Assembly (NCBI GenBank): GCA_964016885.1
Contig: CAXHJY010001747.1
Span: 1-64,000 of the forward strand
Length of the DNA: 64,000 bases
Direction of reading: 5' to 3'
Origin: Eledone cirrhosa
Lineage: Eukaryota
Position numbers and translations under genes: made by a program. The notes under the pieces were generated by a model, which saw only the letters and a program-made list of their open reading frames with translations, was not told the DNA's origin and did not search any database. This document shows positions 1 through 14,229 of the stretch, in pieces. Every line of letters begins with the position of its first letter. The stretch's first letter is position 1.

Positions 1-1430
1 GGTGGTACTGTTGGTGTTGGTGGTATTGTTGGTGTTGGTGGTACTGTTGGTGTTGGTGGTATTGTTGGTGTTGGTGTTGGTGGTATTGTTGGTGTTGGTG
101 GTACTATTGGTGTTGGTGGTACTGTTGGTGTTGGTGGTATTGTTGGTGTTGGTGGTATTGTTGGTGTTGTTGGTATTGTTGGTGTTGGTGGTATTGTTGG
201 TGTTGGTGGTACTGTTGGTGTTGGTGGTATTGTTGGTGTTGGTGGTATTGTTGGTGTTGGTGGTATTGTTGGTGTTGGTGTTGGTGGTATTGTTGGTGTT
301 GGTGGTACAGTTGGTGTTGGTGGTATTGTTGGTGTTGGTGGTATTGTTGGTGTTGGTGGTACTGTTGGTGTTGGTGGTATTGTTGGTGTTGGTGGTACTG
401 TTGGTGTTGGTGGTATTGTTGGTGTTGGTGTTGGTGGTATTGTTGGTGTTGGTGGTACTGTTGCTGTTGGTGGTATTGTTGGTGTTGGTGGTATTGTTGG
501 TGTTGGTGGTATTGTTGGTGTTGGTGGTATTGTTGGTGTTGTTGGTACTGTTGGTGTTGGTGGTATTGTTGGTTTTGGTGGTATTGTTGGTGTTGGTGGT
601 ATTGTTGGTTTTGGTGGTATTGTTGGCGTTGGTGGTATTGTTGGTGTTGGTGGTATTGTTGGTGTTGGTGGTATTGTTGGTGTTGGTGGTACTGTTGGTG
701 TTGGTGGTATTGTTGGTTTTGGTGGTATTGTTGGTGTTGGTGGTATTGTTGGTGTTGGTGGTACTGTTGGTGTTGGTGGTATTGTTGGTGTTGGTGCTAC
801 TGTTGGTGTTGGTGGTATTGTTGGTGTTGGTGTTGGTGGTATTGTTGGTGTTGGTGGTACTGTTGGTGTTGGTGGTATTGTTGGTGTTGGTGGTATTGTT
901 GGTGTTGGTGGTACTGTTGGTGTTGGTGGTACTGTTGGTGTTGGTGGTATTGTTGGTGTTGGTGGTATTGTTGTTGTTGGTGGTATTCTTGGTGTTGGTG
1001 TTGGTGGTTCTGTTGGTGTTGGTGGTATTGTTGGTGTTGGTGGTATTGTTGGTGTTGGCGGTACTGTTGGTGTTGGTGTTGGTGGTATTGTTGGTTTTGG
1101 TGGTATTGTTGGTGTTGGTGGTATTGTTGGTGTTGGTGGTATTGTTGGTGTTGGTGGTACTGTTGGTGTTGGTGGTATTGTTGGTGTTGGCGGTATTCTT
1201 GGTGTTGGTGTTGGTGGTTCTGTTGGTGTTGGTGGTATTGTTGGTGTTGGTGGTACTGTTGGTGTTGGGGTACTGTTGGTGTTGGTGGTATTGTTGGTGT
1301 TGGCGGTATTGTTGGTGTTGGTGTTGGTGGTATTGTTGGTTTTGGTGGTATTGTTGGTGTTGGTGGTATTGTTGGTGTTGGTGGTATTGTTGGTGTTGGT
1401 GGTATTGTTGGTGTTGGTGGTACTGTTGGT
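1..1430. repeat. Higher-order block A segment, near-identical to 18297-19640 and 20564-21990
   Basis: The same ordered rare markers recur at constant offsets of 18296 and 20563: GGTACAG (309/18605/20872) and the GGGG deletion (1267/19563/21830). ORF-track boundaries 797/21360 and 1276/21839 also differ by 20563. Confidence 0.88.
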
Positions 1431-2329
1431 GTTGGTGGTATTGTTGGTGTTGGTGGTATTCTTGGTGTTGGTGTTGGTGGTTCTGTTGGTGTTGGTGGTA
1501 TTGTTGGTGTTGGTGGTATTGTTGGTGTTGGTGGTACTGTTGGTGTTGGTGGTATTGTTGGTGTTGGCGGTATTGTTGGTGTTGGTGTTGGTGGTATTGT
1601 TGGTTTTGGTGGTATTGTTGGTGTTGGTGGTATTGTTGGTGTTGGTGGTATTCTTGGTGTTGGTGTTGGTGGTTCTGTTGGTGTTGGTGGTATTGTTGGT
1701 GTTGGTGGTATTGTTGGTGTTGGTGGTACTGTTGGTGTTGGTGGTATTGTTGGTGTTGGCGGTATTGTTGGTGTTGGTGGTATTGTTGGTGTTGGTGGTA
1801 TTGTTGGTGTTGGTGGTATTGTTGGTGTTGGTGGTATTGTTGGTGTTGGTGGTACTGTTGGTGTTGGTGGTATTGTTGGTGTTGGTGGTACTGTTGGTGT
1901 TGGTGGTATTGTTGGTGTTGGTGGTATTCTTGGTGTTGGTGTTGGTGGTACTGTTGGTGTTGGTGGTATTGTTGGTGTTGGTGGTACTGTTGGTGTTGGT
2001 GGTTCTGTTGGTGTTGGTGGTATTGTTGGTGTTGGTGGTATTGTTGGTGTTGGTGGTACTGTTGGTGTTGGTGGTATTGTTGGTGTTGGCGGTATTGTTG
2101 GTGTTGGTGTTGGTGGTATTGTTGGTTTTGGTGGTATTGTTGGTGTTGGTGGTTCTGTTGGTGTTGGTGGTATTGTTGGTGTTGGTGGTATTGTTGGTGT
2201 TGGTGGTACTGTTGGTGTTGGTGGTATTGTTGGTGTTGGCGGTATTGTTGGTGTTGGTGTTGGTGGTATTGTTGGTTTTGGTGGTATTGTTGGTGTTGGT
2301 GGTATTGTTGGTGTTGGTGGTACTGTTGG

Positions 2330-3200
2330 TGTTGGTGGTATTGTCGGTGTTGGTGGTATTGTTGGTGTTGGTGGTACTGTTGGTGTTGGTGGTACTGTTG
2401 GTGTTGGTGGTACTGTTGGTGTTGGTGGTATTGTTGGTGTTGGTGGTACTGTTGGTGTTGGTGGTACTGTTGGTGTTGGTGGTATTGTTGGTGTTGGTGT
2501 TGGTGGTATTGTTGGTGTTGGTGGTACTATTGGTGTTGGTGGTACTGTTGGTGTTGGTGGTATTGTTGGTGTTGGTGGCATTGTTGGTGTTGTTGGTATT
2601 GTTGGTGTTGGTGGTATTGTTGGTGTTGGTGGTACTGTTGGTGTTGGTGGTATTGTTGGTGTTGGTGGTATTGTTGGTGTTGGTGGTATTGTTGGTGTTG
2701 GTGTTGGTGGTATTGTTGGTGTTGGTGGTACAGTTGGTGTTGGTGGTATTGTTGGTGTTGGTGGTATTGTTGGTGTTGGTGGTACTGTTGGTGTTGGTGG
2801 TATTGTTGGTGTTGGTGGTACTGTTGGTGTTGGTGGTATTGTCGGTGTTGGTGGTATTGTTGGTGTTGGTGGTACTGTTGGTGTTGGTGGTACTGTTGGT
2901 GTTGGTGGTACTGTTGGTGTTGGTGGTATTGTTGGTGTTGGTGGTACTGTTGGTGTTGGTGGTACTGTTGGTGTTGGTGGTATTGTTGGTGTTGGTGTTG
3001 GTGGTATTGTTGGTGTTGGTGGTACTATTGGTGTTGGTGGTACTGTTGGTGTTGGTGGTATTGTTGGTGTTGGTGGCATTGTTGGTGTTGTTGGTATTGT
3101 TGGTGTTGGTGGTATTGTTGGTGTTGGTGGTACTGTTGGTGTTGGTGGTATTGTTGGTGTTGGTGGTATTGTTGGTGTTGGTGGTATTGTTGGTGTTGGT
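2330..3200. repeat. Local ~498-bp direct duplication within the array
   Basis: GTC variant at 2345 and 2843; GGCATT variant at 2579 and 3077. Both pairs are 498 bp apart. Confidence 0.8.
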
Positions 3201-6200
3201 GTTGGTGGTATTGTTGGTGTTGGTGGTATTGTTGGTGTTGGTGGTACTGTTGGTGTTGGTGGTATTGTTGGTGTTGGTGGTACTGTTGGTGTTGGTGGTA
3301 TTGTTGGTGTTGGTGTTGGTGGTATTGTTGGTGTTGGTGGTACTGTTGCTGTTGGTGGTATTGTTGGTGTTGGTGGTATTGTTGGTGTTGGTGGTATTGT
3401 TGGTGTTGGTGGTACTGTTGGTGTTGGTGGTACTGTTGGTGTTGGTGGTACTGTTAGTGTTGGTGGTACTGTTGCTGTTGGTGGTATTGTTGGTGTTGGT
3501 GGTATTGTTGGTGTTGGTGGTATTGTTGGTGTTGGTGGTACTGTTGGTTTTGGTGGTATTGTTGGTGTTGGTGGTATTGTTGGTTTTGGTGGTATTGTTG
3601 GCGTTGGTGGTATTGTTGGTGTTGGTGGTATTGTTGGTGTTGGTGGTATTGTTGGTGTTGGTGGTACTGTTGGTGTTGGTGGTATTGTTGGTTTTGGTGG
3701 TATTGTTGGTGTTGGTGGTATTGTTGGTGTTGGTGGTACTGTTGGTGTTGGTGGTATTGTTGGTGTTGGTGCTACTGTTGGTGTTGGTGGTATTGTTGGT
3801 GTTGGTGTTGGTGGTATTGTTGGTGTTGGTGGTACTGTTGGTGTTGGTGGTATTGTTGGTGTTGGTGGTATTGTTGGTGTTGGTGGTACTGTTGGTGTTG
3901 GTGGTACTGTTGGTGTTGGTGGTATTGTTGGTTTTGGTGGTATTGTTGGTGTTGGTGGTATTGTTGGTTTTGGTGGTATTGTTGGCGTTGGTGGTATTGT
4001 TGGTGTTGGTGGTATTGTTGGTGTTGGTGGTATTGTTGGTGTTGGTGGTACTGTTGGTGTTGGTGGTATTGTTGGTTTTGGTGGTATTGTTGGTGTTGGT
4101 GGTATTGTTGGTTTTGGTGGTATTGTTGGCGTTGGTGGTACTGTTGGTGTTGGTGGTATTGTTGGTGTTGGTGGTACTGTTGGTGTTGGTGGTACTGTTG
4201 GTGTTGGTGGTATTGTTGGTGTTGGTGGTATTGTTGGTGTTGGTGGTATTGTTGGTTTTGGTGGTATTGTTGGTGTTGGTGGTATTGTTGGTTTTGGTGG
4301 TATTGTTGGTGTTGGTGGTATTATTGGTGTTGGTGGTACTGTTGGTGTTGGTGGTATTGTTGGTGTTGGTGCTACTGTTGGTGTTGGTGGTATTGTTGGT
4401 GTTGGTGTTGGTGGTATTGTTGGTGTTGGTGGTATTGTTGGTGTTGGTGGTACTGTTGGTGTTGGTGGTATTGTTGGTGTTGGTGCTACTGTTGGTGTTG
4501 GTGGTATTGTTGGTGTTGGTGTTGGTGGTATTGTTGGTGTTGGTGGTACTGTTGGTGTTGGTGGTATTGTTGGTGTTGGTGGTATTGTTGGTGTTGGTGG
4601 TACTGTTGGTGTTGGTGGTACTGTTGGTGTTGGTGGTATTGTTGGTGTTGGTGGTATTGTTGTTGTTGGTGGTATTCTTGGTGTTGGTGTTGGTGGTTCT
4701 GTTGGTGTTGGTGGTATTGTTGGTGTTGGTGGTATTGTTGGTGTTGGCGGTACTGTTGGTGTTGGTGTTGGTGGTATTGTTGGTTTTGGTGGTATTGTTG
4801 GTGTTGGTGGTATTGTTGGTGTTGGTGGTATTGTTGGTGTTGGTGGTACTGTTGGTGTTGGTGGTATTGTTGGTGTTGGCGGTATTCTTGGTGTTGGTGT
4901 TGGTGGTTCTGTTGGTGTTGGTGGTATTGTTGGTGTTGGTGGTATTGTTGGTGTTGGTGGTACTGTTGGTGTTGGTGGTACTGTTGGTGTTGGTGGTACT
5001 GTTGGTGTTGGGGTACTGTTGGTGTTGTTGGTATTGTTGGTTTTGGTGGTATTGTTGGTGTTGGTGGTATTGTTGGTGTTGGTGGTATTGTTGGTGTTGG
5101 TGGTATTGTTGGTGTTGGTGGTACTGTTGGTGTTGGTGGTATTGTTGGTGTTGGTGGTATTCTTGGTGTTGGTGTTGGTGGTTCTGTTGGTGTTGGTGGT
5201 ATTGTTGGTGTTGGTGGTATTGTTGGTGTTGGTGGTACTGTTGGTGTTGGTGGTATTGTTGGTGTTGGCGGTATTGTTGGTGTTGGTGTTGGTGGTATTG
5301 TTGGTTTTGGTGGTATTGTTGGTGTTGGTGGTATTGTTGGTGTTGGTGGTATTCTTGGTGTTGGTGTTGGTGGTTCTGTTGGTGTTGGTGGTATTGTTGG
5401 TGTTGGTGGTATTGTTGGTGTTGGCGGTATTGTTGGTGTTGGTGTTGGTGGTTCTGTTGGTGTTGGTGGTATTGTTGGTGTTGGTGGTATTGTTGGTGTT
5501 GGTGGTACTGTTGGTGTTGGTGGTACTGTTGGTGTTGGTGGTATTGTTGGTGTTGGCGGTATTGTTGGTGTTGGCGGTATTGTTGGTGTTGGCGGTATTG
5601 TTGGTGTTGGTGTTGGTGGTTCTGTTGGTGTTGGTGGTATTGTTGGTGTTGGTGGTATTGTTGGTGTTGGTGGTACTGTTGGTGTTGGTGGTACTGTTGG
5701 TGTTGGTGGTATTGTTGGTGTTGGCGGTATTGTTGGTGTTGGTGGTATTGTTGGTGTTGGTGGTATTGTTGGTGTTGGTGTTGGTGGTTCTGTTGGTGTT
5801 GGTGGTATTGTTGGTGTTGGCGGTATTGTTGGTGTTGGTGGTATTGTTGGTGTTGGTAGTATTGTTGGTGTTGGTGGTATTGTTGGTGTTGGTGGTATTG
5901 TTGGTGTTGGTGGTACTGTTGGTGTTGGTGGTTCTGTTGGTGTTGGTGGTATTGTTGGTGTTGGTGGTATTGTTGGTGTTGGTGGTACTGTTGGTGTTGG
6001 TGGTACTGTTGGTGTTGGTGGTATTGTTGGTGTTGGTGGTATTGTTGGTGTTGGTGGTATTGTTGGTGTTGGCGGTATTGTTGGTGTTGGTGGTATTGTT
6101 GGTGTTGGTGGTATTGTTGGTGTTGGTGTTGGTGGTTCTGTTGGTGTTGGTGGTATTGTTGGTGTTGGTGGTATTGTTGGTGTTGGTGGTACTGTTGGTG

Positions 6201-6949
6201 TTGGTGGTACTGTTGGTGTTGGTGGTATTGTTGGTGTTGGTGGTACTGTTGGTGTTGGTGGTATTGTTGGTGTTGGCGGTATTGTTGGTGTTGGTGGTAT
6301 TGTTGGTGTTGGTGGTATTGTTGGTGTTGGTGGTACTGTTGGTGTTGGTGGTATTGTTGGTGTTGGCGGTATTGTTGGTGTTGGTGGTATTGTTGGTGTT
6401 GGTGGTATTGTTGGTGTTGGTGTTGGTGGTTCTGTTGGTGTTGGTGGTATTGTTGGTGTTGGTGGTATTGTTGGTGTTGGTGGTACTGTTGGTGTTGGTG
6501 GTACTGTTGGTGTTGGTGGTATTGTTGGTGTTGGCGGTATTGTTGGTGTTGGTGGTATTGTTGGTGTTGGTGGTATTGTTGGTGTTGGTGGTATTGTTGG
6601 TGTTGGTGGTATTGTTGGTGTTGGTGGTATTGTTGGTGTTGGTGGTATTGTTGGTGTTGGTGGTACTGTTGGTGTTGGTGGTATTGTTGGTGTTGGTGGT
6701 ATTCTTGGTGTTGGTGTGGGTGGTTCTGTTGGTGTTGGTGGTATTGTTGGTGTTGGTGGTATTGTTGGTGTTGGTGGTATTGTTGGTGTTGGTGGTATTG
6801 TTGGTGTTGGTGGTACTGTTGGTGTTGGTGGTATTGTTGGTGTTGGTGTTGGTGGTATTGTTGGTGTTGGTGGTACTGTTGGTGTTGGTGGTACTGTTGG
6901 TGTTGGTGGTACTGTTGGTGTTGGTGGTATTGTTGGTGTTGGTGGTATT

Positions 6950-7790
6950 GTTGGTTTTGGTGGTATTGTTGGTGTTGGTGGTATTGTTGGTGTTGGTGGT
7001 ACTGTTGGTGTTGGTGGTATTGTCGGTGTTGGTGGTATTGTTGGTGTTGGTGGTACTGTTGGTGTTGGTGGTACTGTTGGTGTTGGTGGTACTGTTGGTG
7101 TTGGTGGTATTGTTGGTGTTGGTGGTACTGTTGCTGTTGGTGGTACTGTTGGTGTTGGTGGTATTGTTGGTGTTGGTAGTATTGTTGGTTTTGGTGGTAT
7201 TCTTGGTGTTGCTGTTGGTGGTTCTGTTGGTGTTGGTGGTATTGTTGGTGTTGGTGGTATTGTTGGTTTTGGTGGTATTGTTGGTGTTGGTGGTATTGTT
7301 GGTGTTGGTGGTACTGTTAGTGTTGGTGGTATTGTTGGTGTTGGTGGTACTGTTGGTGTTGGTGGTATTGTTGGTGTTGGTGTTGGTGGTATTGTTGGTT
7401 TTGGTGGTATTGTTGGTGTTGGTGGTATTGTTGGTGTTGGTGGTACTGTTGGTGTTGGTGGTATTGTCGGTGTTGGTGGTATTGTTGGTGTTGGTGGTAC
7501 TGTTGGTGTTGGTGGTACTGTTGGTGTTGGTGGTACTGTTGGTGTTGGTGGTATTGTTGGTGTTGGTGGTACTGTTGCTGTTGGTGGTACTGTTGGTGTT
7601 GGTGGTATTGTTGGTGTTGGTAGTATTGTTGGTTTTGGTGGTATTCTTGGTGTTGCTGTTGGTGGTTCTGTTGGTGTTGGTGGTATTGTTGGTGTTGGTG
7701 GTATTGTTGGTTTTGGTGGTATTGTTGGTGTTGGTGGTATTGTTGGTGTTGGTGGTACTGTTAGTGTTGGTGGTATTGTTGGTGTTGGTG
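6950..7790. repeat. Local 444-bp direct duplication
   Basis: GTC (7024/7468), GCT (7134/7578) and AGT (7178/7622) variants are all offset by 444. Confidence 0.85.
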
Positions 7791-10700
7791 GTATTGTTGG
7801 TGTTGGTGGTATTGTTGGTGTTGGTAGTATTGTTGGTGTTGGTGGTATTGTTGGTGTTGGTGGTATTGTTGGTGTTGGTGGTACTGTTGGTGTTGGTGGT
7901 ATTGTTGGTGTTGGTGGTACTGTTGTTGTTGGTGGTATTGTTGGTGTTGGTGGTATTGTTGGTGTTGGTGGTATTGTTGGTGTTGGTGGTATTGTTGGTG
8001 TTGGTGGTATTGTTGGTGTTGGTGGTACTGTTGGTGTTGGTGGTATTGTTGGTGTTGGTGGTATTGTTGGTGTTGGTGGTATTGTTGGTGTTGGTGGTAT
8101 TGTTGGTGTTGGTGGTATTGTTGGTGTTGTTGGTATTGTTGGTGTTGGTGGTATTGTTGGTGTTGGTGGTATTGTTGGTGTTGGTGGTATTGTTGGTGTT
8201 GGTGGTATTGTTGGTGTTGGTGGTATTGTTGGTGTTGGTGGTATTGTTGGTGTTGGTGGTATTGTTGGTGTTGGTGGTACTGTTGGTGTTGGTGGTATTG
8301 TTGGTGTTGGTGGTATTGTTGGTGTTGGTGGTATTGTTGGTGTTGGTGGTATTGTTGGTGTTGGTGGTATTGTTGGTGTTGTTGGTATTGTTGGTGTTGG
8401 TGGTATTGTTGGTGTTGGTGGTATTGTTGGTGTTGGTGGTACTGTTGTGGTTGGTGGTATTGTTGGTGTTGGTGGTACTGTTGGTGTTGGTGTTGGTGGT
8501 ACTGTTGTGGTTGGTGGTATTGTTGGTTTTGGTGGTATTGTTGGTGTTGGTGGTACTGTTAGTGTTGGTGGTATTGTTGGTGTTGGTGGTATTGTTGGTG
8601 TTGGTGGTACTGTTGGTGTTGGTGGTACTGTTGGTGTTGTTGGTATTGTTGGTGTTGGTGTTGGTGGTACTGTTGGTTTTGGTGGTATTGTTGGTGTTGG
8701 TGGTACTGTTGGTGTTGGTGGTATTGTTGGTGTTGGTGGTACTGTTGGTGTTGGTGGTACTGTTGGTGTTGGTGGTACTGTTGGCGTTGGTGGTATTGTT
8801 GGTGTTGGTGGTACTGTTGGTGTTGGTGGTACTGTTGGTGTTGGTGGTACTGTTGGTGTTGGTGGTATTGTTGGTGTTGGTGGTATTGTTGGTGTTGGTG
8901 GTACTGTTGGTGTGGGTGGTACTGTTGGTGTTGGTGGTACTGTTGGTGTTGGTGGTATTGTTGGTGTTGGTGGTACTGTTGGTTTTGGTGGTACTGTTGG
9001 TGTTGGTGGTACTGTTGGTGTTGGTGGTATTGTTGGTGTTGGTGGTACTGTTGGTGTTGGTGGTACTGTTGGTGTTGGTGGTACTGTTGGTGTTGGTGGT
9101 ACTGTTGGTGTTGGTGGTATTGTTGGTGTTGGTGGTACTGTTGGTGTTGGTGGTACTGTTGGTGTTGGTGGTATTGTTGGTGTTGGTGGTACTGTTGGTT
9201 TTGGTGGTACTGTTGGTGTTGGTGGTATTGTTGGTGTTGGTGGTACTGTTGGTGTTGGTGGTATTGTTGGTGTTGGTGGTACTGTTGGTTTTGGTGGTAC
9301 TGTTGGTGTTGGTGGTACTGTTGGTGTTGGTGGTACTGTTGGTGTTGGTGGTACTGTTGGTGTTGGTGGTATTGTTGGTGTTGGTGGTACTGTTGGTTTT
9401 GGTGGTACTGTTGGTGTTGGTGGTACTGTTGGTGTTGGTGGTATTGTTGGTGTTGGTGGTATTGTTGGTGTTGGTGGTACTGTTGGTGTGGGTGGTACTG
9501 TTGGTGTTGGTGGTACTGTTGGTGTTGGTGGTATTGTTGGTGTTGGTGGTATTGTTGGTGTTGGTGGTATTGTTGGTGTTGGTGGTATTGTTGGTGTTGG
9601 TGGTATTGTTGGTGTTGGTGGTATTGTTGGTGTTGGTGGTATTGTTGGTGTTGGTGGTATTGTTGGTGTTGGTGGTATTGTTGGTGTTGGTGGTACTGTT
9701 GGTGTTGGTGGTATTGTTGGTGTTGGTGGTACTATTGGTGTTGGTGGTATTGTTGGTGTTGTTGGTATTGTTGGTGTTGGTGGTATTGTTGGTGTTGGTG
9801 GTATTGTTGGTGTTGGTGGTATTGTTGGTGTTGGTGGTATTGTTGGTGTTGGTGGTACTGTTGGTGTTGGTGGTATTGTTGGTGTTGGTGGTATTGTTGG
9901 TGTTGGTGGTATTGTTGGTGTTGGTGGTATTGTTGGTGTTGGTTTTGTTGGTATTGTTGGTGTTGGTGGTACTGTTGGTGTTGGTGGTACTGTTGGTGTT
10001 GGTGGTATTGTTGGTGTTGGTGGTATTGATGGTGTTGGTGGTATTGTTGGTGTTGGTGGTACTGTTGGTGTTGGTGTTACTGTTGGTGTTGGTGGTATTG
10101 TTGGTGTTGGTGGTATTGTTGGTGTTGGTGGTATTGTTGGTGTTGGTGGTACTGTTGGTGTTGGTGGTATTGTTGGTGTTGGTGGTACTGTTGGTGTTGG
10201 TGGTATTGTTGGTGTTGGTGGTACTGTTGGTGTTGGTGGTATTGTTGGTGTTGGTGGTACTGTTGGTGTTGGTGGTATTGTTGGTGTTGGTGGTGTTGTT
10301 GGTGTTGGTGGTACTGTTGGTGTTGGTGGTATTGTTGGTGTTGGTGGTACTGTTGGTGTTGGTGGTATTGTTGGTGTTGGTGGTGTTGTTGGTGTTGGTG
10401 GTACTGTTGGTGTTGGTGGTATTGTTGGTGTTGGTGGTATTGTTGGTGTTGGTGGTACTGTTGGTGTTGGTGGTATTGTTGGTGTTGGTGGTACTGTTGG
10501 TGTTGGTGGTATTGTTGGTGTTGGTGGTATTGTTGGTGTTGGTGGTATTGTTGGTGTTGGTGGTATTGTTGGTGTTGGTGGTACTGTTGGTGTTGGTGGT
10601 ATTGTTGGTGTTGGTGGTACTGTTGGTGTTGGTGGTATTGTTGGTGTTGGTGGTGTTGTTGGTGTTGGTGGTACTGTTGGTGTTGGTGGTATTGTTGGTG

Positions 10701-12299
10701 TTGGTGGTATTGTTGGTGTTGGTGGTACTGTTGGTGTTGGTGGTATTGTTGGTGTTGGTGGTACTGTTGGTGTTGGTGGTATTGTTGGTGTTGGTGGTAT
10801 TGTTGGTGTTGGTGGTATTGTTGGTGTTGGTGGTACTGTTGGTGTTGGTGGTATTGTTGGTGTTGGTGGTATTGTTGGTGTTGGTGGTACTGTTGGTGTT
10901 GGTGGTATTGTTGGTGTTGGTGGTACTGTTGGTGTTGGTGGTATTGTTGGTGTTGGTGGTATTGTTGGTGTTGGTGGTATTGTTGGTGTTTGTGGTATTG
11001 TTGGTGTTGGTGGTACTGTTGGTGTTGGTGGTATTGTTGGTGTTGGTGGTACTATTGGTGTTGGTGGTACTGTTGGTGTTGGTGGTATTGTTGGTGTTGG
11101 TGGTATTGTTGGTGTTGTTGGTATTGTTGGTGTTGGTGGTATTGTTGGTGTTGGTGGTATTGTTGGCGTTGTTGGTATTGTTGGTGTTGGTGGTATTGTT
11201 GGTGTTGGTGGTACTGTTGGTGTTGGTGGTATTGTTGGTGTTGGTGGTATTGTTGGTGTTGGTGGTATTGTTGGTGTTGGTGGTACTGTTGGTGTTGGTG
11301 GTATTGTTGGTGTTGGTGGTACTGTTGGTGTTGGTGGTATTGTTGGTGTTGGTGGTATTGTTGGTGTTGGTGGTACTATTGGTGTTGGTGGTACTGTTGG
11401 TGTTGGTGGTATTGTTGGTGTTGGTGGTATTGTTGGTGTTGGTGGTATTGTTGGTGTTGGTGGTATTGTTGGTGTTGTTGGTATTGTTGGTGTTGGTGGT
11501 ATTGTTGGTGTTGGTGGTACTGTTGGTGTTGGTGGTATTGTTGGTGTTGGTGGTACTGTTGGTGTTGGTGGTATTGTTGGTGTTGGTGGTATTGTTGGTG
11601 TTGGTGGTATTGTTGGTGTTGTTGGTATTGTTGGTGTTGGTGGTATTGTTGGTGTTGGTGGTATTGTTGGTGTTGGTGGTACTGTTGGTGTTGGTGCTAT
11701 TGTTGGTGTTGGTGGTATTGTTGGTGTTGGTGGTATTGTTGGTGTTGGTGGTACTGTTGGTGTTGGTGGTATTGTTGGTGTTGGTGGTACTGTTGGTGTT
11801 GGTGCTATTGTTGGTGTTGGTGGTATTGTTGGTGTTGGTGGTATTGTTGGTGTTGGTGGTACTGTTGGTGTTGGTGGTATTGTTGGTGTTGGTGGTATTG
11901 TTGGTGTTGGTGGTATTGTTGGTGTTGGTGGTACTGTTGGTGTTGGTGGTATTGTTGGTGTTGGTGGTACTGTTGGTGTTGGTGGTATTGTTGGTGTTGG
12001 TGGTATTGTTGGTGTTGGTGGTACTGTTGGTGTTGGTGGTATTGTTGGTGTTGGTGGTACTGTTGGTGTTGGTGCTATTGTTGGTGTTGGTGGTATTGTT
12101 GGTGTTGGTGGTATTGTTGGTGTTGGTGGTATTGTTGGTGTTGTTGGTATTGTTGGTGTTGGTGGTATTGTTGGTGTTGGTGGTATTGTTGGTGTTGGTG
12201 GTACTGTTGGTGTTGGTGCTATTGTTGGAGTTGGTGGTATTGTTGGTGTTGGTGGTATTGTTGGTGTTGGTGGTACTGTTGGTGTTGGTGGTATTGTTG

Positions 12300-13500
12300 G
12301 TGTGGGTGGTACTGTTGGTGTTGGTGGTATTGTGGTGTTGGTGTTGGTGGTACTGTTGGTGTTGGTGGTATTGTTGGTGTTGGTGGTATTGTTGGTGTTG
12401 GTGGTACTGTTGGTGTTGGTGGTACTGTTGGTGTTGGTGGTATTGTTGGTGTTGGTGTTGGTGGTATTGTTGGTGTTGGTGGTATTGTTGGTGTTGGTGG
12501 TACTGTTGGTGTTGGTGGTACTGTTGGTGTGGGTGGTACTGTTGGTGTTGGTGGTATTGTTGGTGTTGGTGGTACTGTTGGTGTTGGTGGTATTGTTGGT
12601 GTTGGTGGTATTGTTGGTGTTGGTGGTATTATTGGTGTTGGTGGTATTGTTGGTGTTGGTGGTACTGTTGGTGTTGGTGGTATTGCTGGTGGTACTGCTG
12701 GTGTTGGTGGTACTGTTAGTGTTGGTGGTATTGTTGGTGTTGGTGGTACTGTTGGTGTTGGTGGTACTGTTGGTGTTGGTGGTACTGTTAGTTTTGGTGG
12801 TATTGTTGGTGTTGGTGGTACTGTTGGTGTTGGTGGTACTGTTGGTGTTGGTGGTATTGTTGGTGTTGGTGGTATTGTTGGTGTTGGTGGTACTGTTGGT
12901 GTGGTGGTACTGTTGGTGTTGGTGGTACTGTTGGTGTTGGTGGTATTGTTGGTGTTGGCGGTACTGTTGGTGTTGGTGGTATTGTTGGTGTTGGTGGTAC
13001 TGTTGGTGTTGTTGGTATTGTTGGTGGTATTGTTGGTGTTGGTGGTATTGTTTGTTTTGGTGGTATTGTTGGTGTTGGTGGTATTCTTGGTGTTGGCGTT
13101 GGTGGTTCTGTTGGTGTTGGTGGTATTGTTGGTGTTGGTGGTATTGTTGGTTTTGGTGGTATTGTTGGTGTTGGTGGTATTGTTGGTGTTGGTAGTATTG
13201 TTGGTGTTGGTGGTACTGTTGATGTTGGTGTTGGTGGTACTGTTGGTGTTGGTGGTATTGTTGGTGTTGGTGGTACTGTTAGTGTTGGTGGTATTGTTGG
13301 TGTTGGTGGTATTGTTGGTGTTGGTGGTATCGTTGGTTTTGGTGGTACTGTTGGTGTTGGTGGTATTGTTGGTGTTGGTGGTACTGTTGGTGTTGGTGGT
13401 ATTGTTGGTGTTGGTGGTATTGTTGGTGTTGGTGGTACTGTTGGTGTTGGTGGTACTGCTGGTGTTGGTGGTACTGTTGGTGTTCGTGGTACTGTTGGTG
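12300..13500. repeat. Higher-order block C, copy 1
   Basis: Diagnostic series: ATTGTGG deletion (~12333), ATTGCTGGTGGTACTGCT (12686), GTGTGGTGG deletion (~12902), TTTGTTTT (13051), GGCGTTGGTGGTTCT (13097), GTTGATGTT (13221). Confidence 0.88.
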
Positions 13501-14229
13501 TTGGTGGTATTGTTGGTGTTGGTAGTATTGTTGGTGTTGGTGGTATTGTTGGTGTTGGTGGTATTGTTGGTGTTGGTGGTACTGTTCGTGTTGGTGGTAC
13601 TGTTGGTGTTGGTGGTATTGTTGGTGTTGGTGGTACTGTTGGTGTTGGTGGTACTGTTGGTGTTGGTGGTATTGTTGGTGTTGGTGGTATTGTTGGTGTT
13701 GGTGGTATTGTTGGTGTTGGTGGTACTGTTGGTGTTGGTGGTACTGTTGGTGTTGGTGGTATTGTTGGTGTTGGTGGTACTGTTGGTGTTGGTGGTATTG
13801 TTCGTGTTGGTGGTACTGTTGGTGTTGGTGGTACTGTTGGTGTTGGTGGTATTGTTGGTGTTGGTGTTACTGTTGGTGTTGGTCGTACTGTTGGTGTTGG
13901 TGGTATTGTTGGTGTTGGTGGTATTGTTGGTGTTGGTGGTACTGTTGGTGTTGGTGGTACTGTTGGTGTTGGTGGTATTGTTGGTGTTGGTGGTATTGTT
14001 GGTGTTGGTGGTATTGTTGGTGTTGGTGGTACTGTTCGTGTTGGTGGTATTGTTGGTGTTGGTGGTATTGTTGGTTTTGGTGGTACTGTTGGTGTTGGTG
14101 GTACTGTTGGTGTTGGTGGTACTGTTGGTGTTGGTGGTATTGTTGGTGTTGGTGGTACTGTTGGTGTTGGTGGTATTGTTGGTGGTATTGTTGGTGTTGG
14201 TGGTATTGTTGGTGTGGGTGGTACTGTTG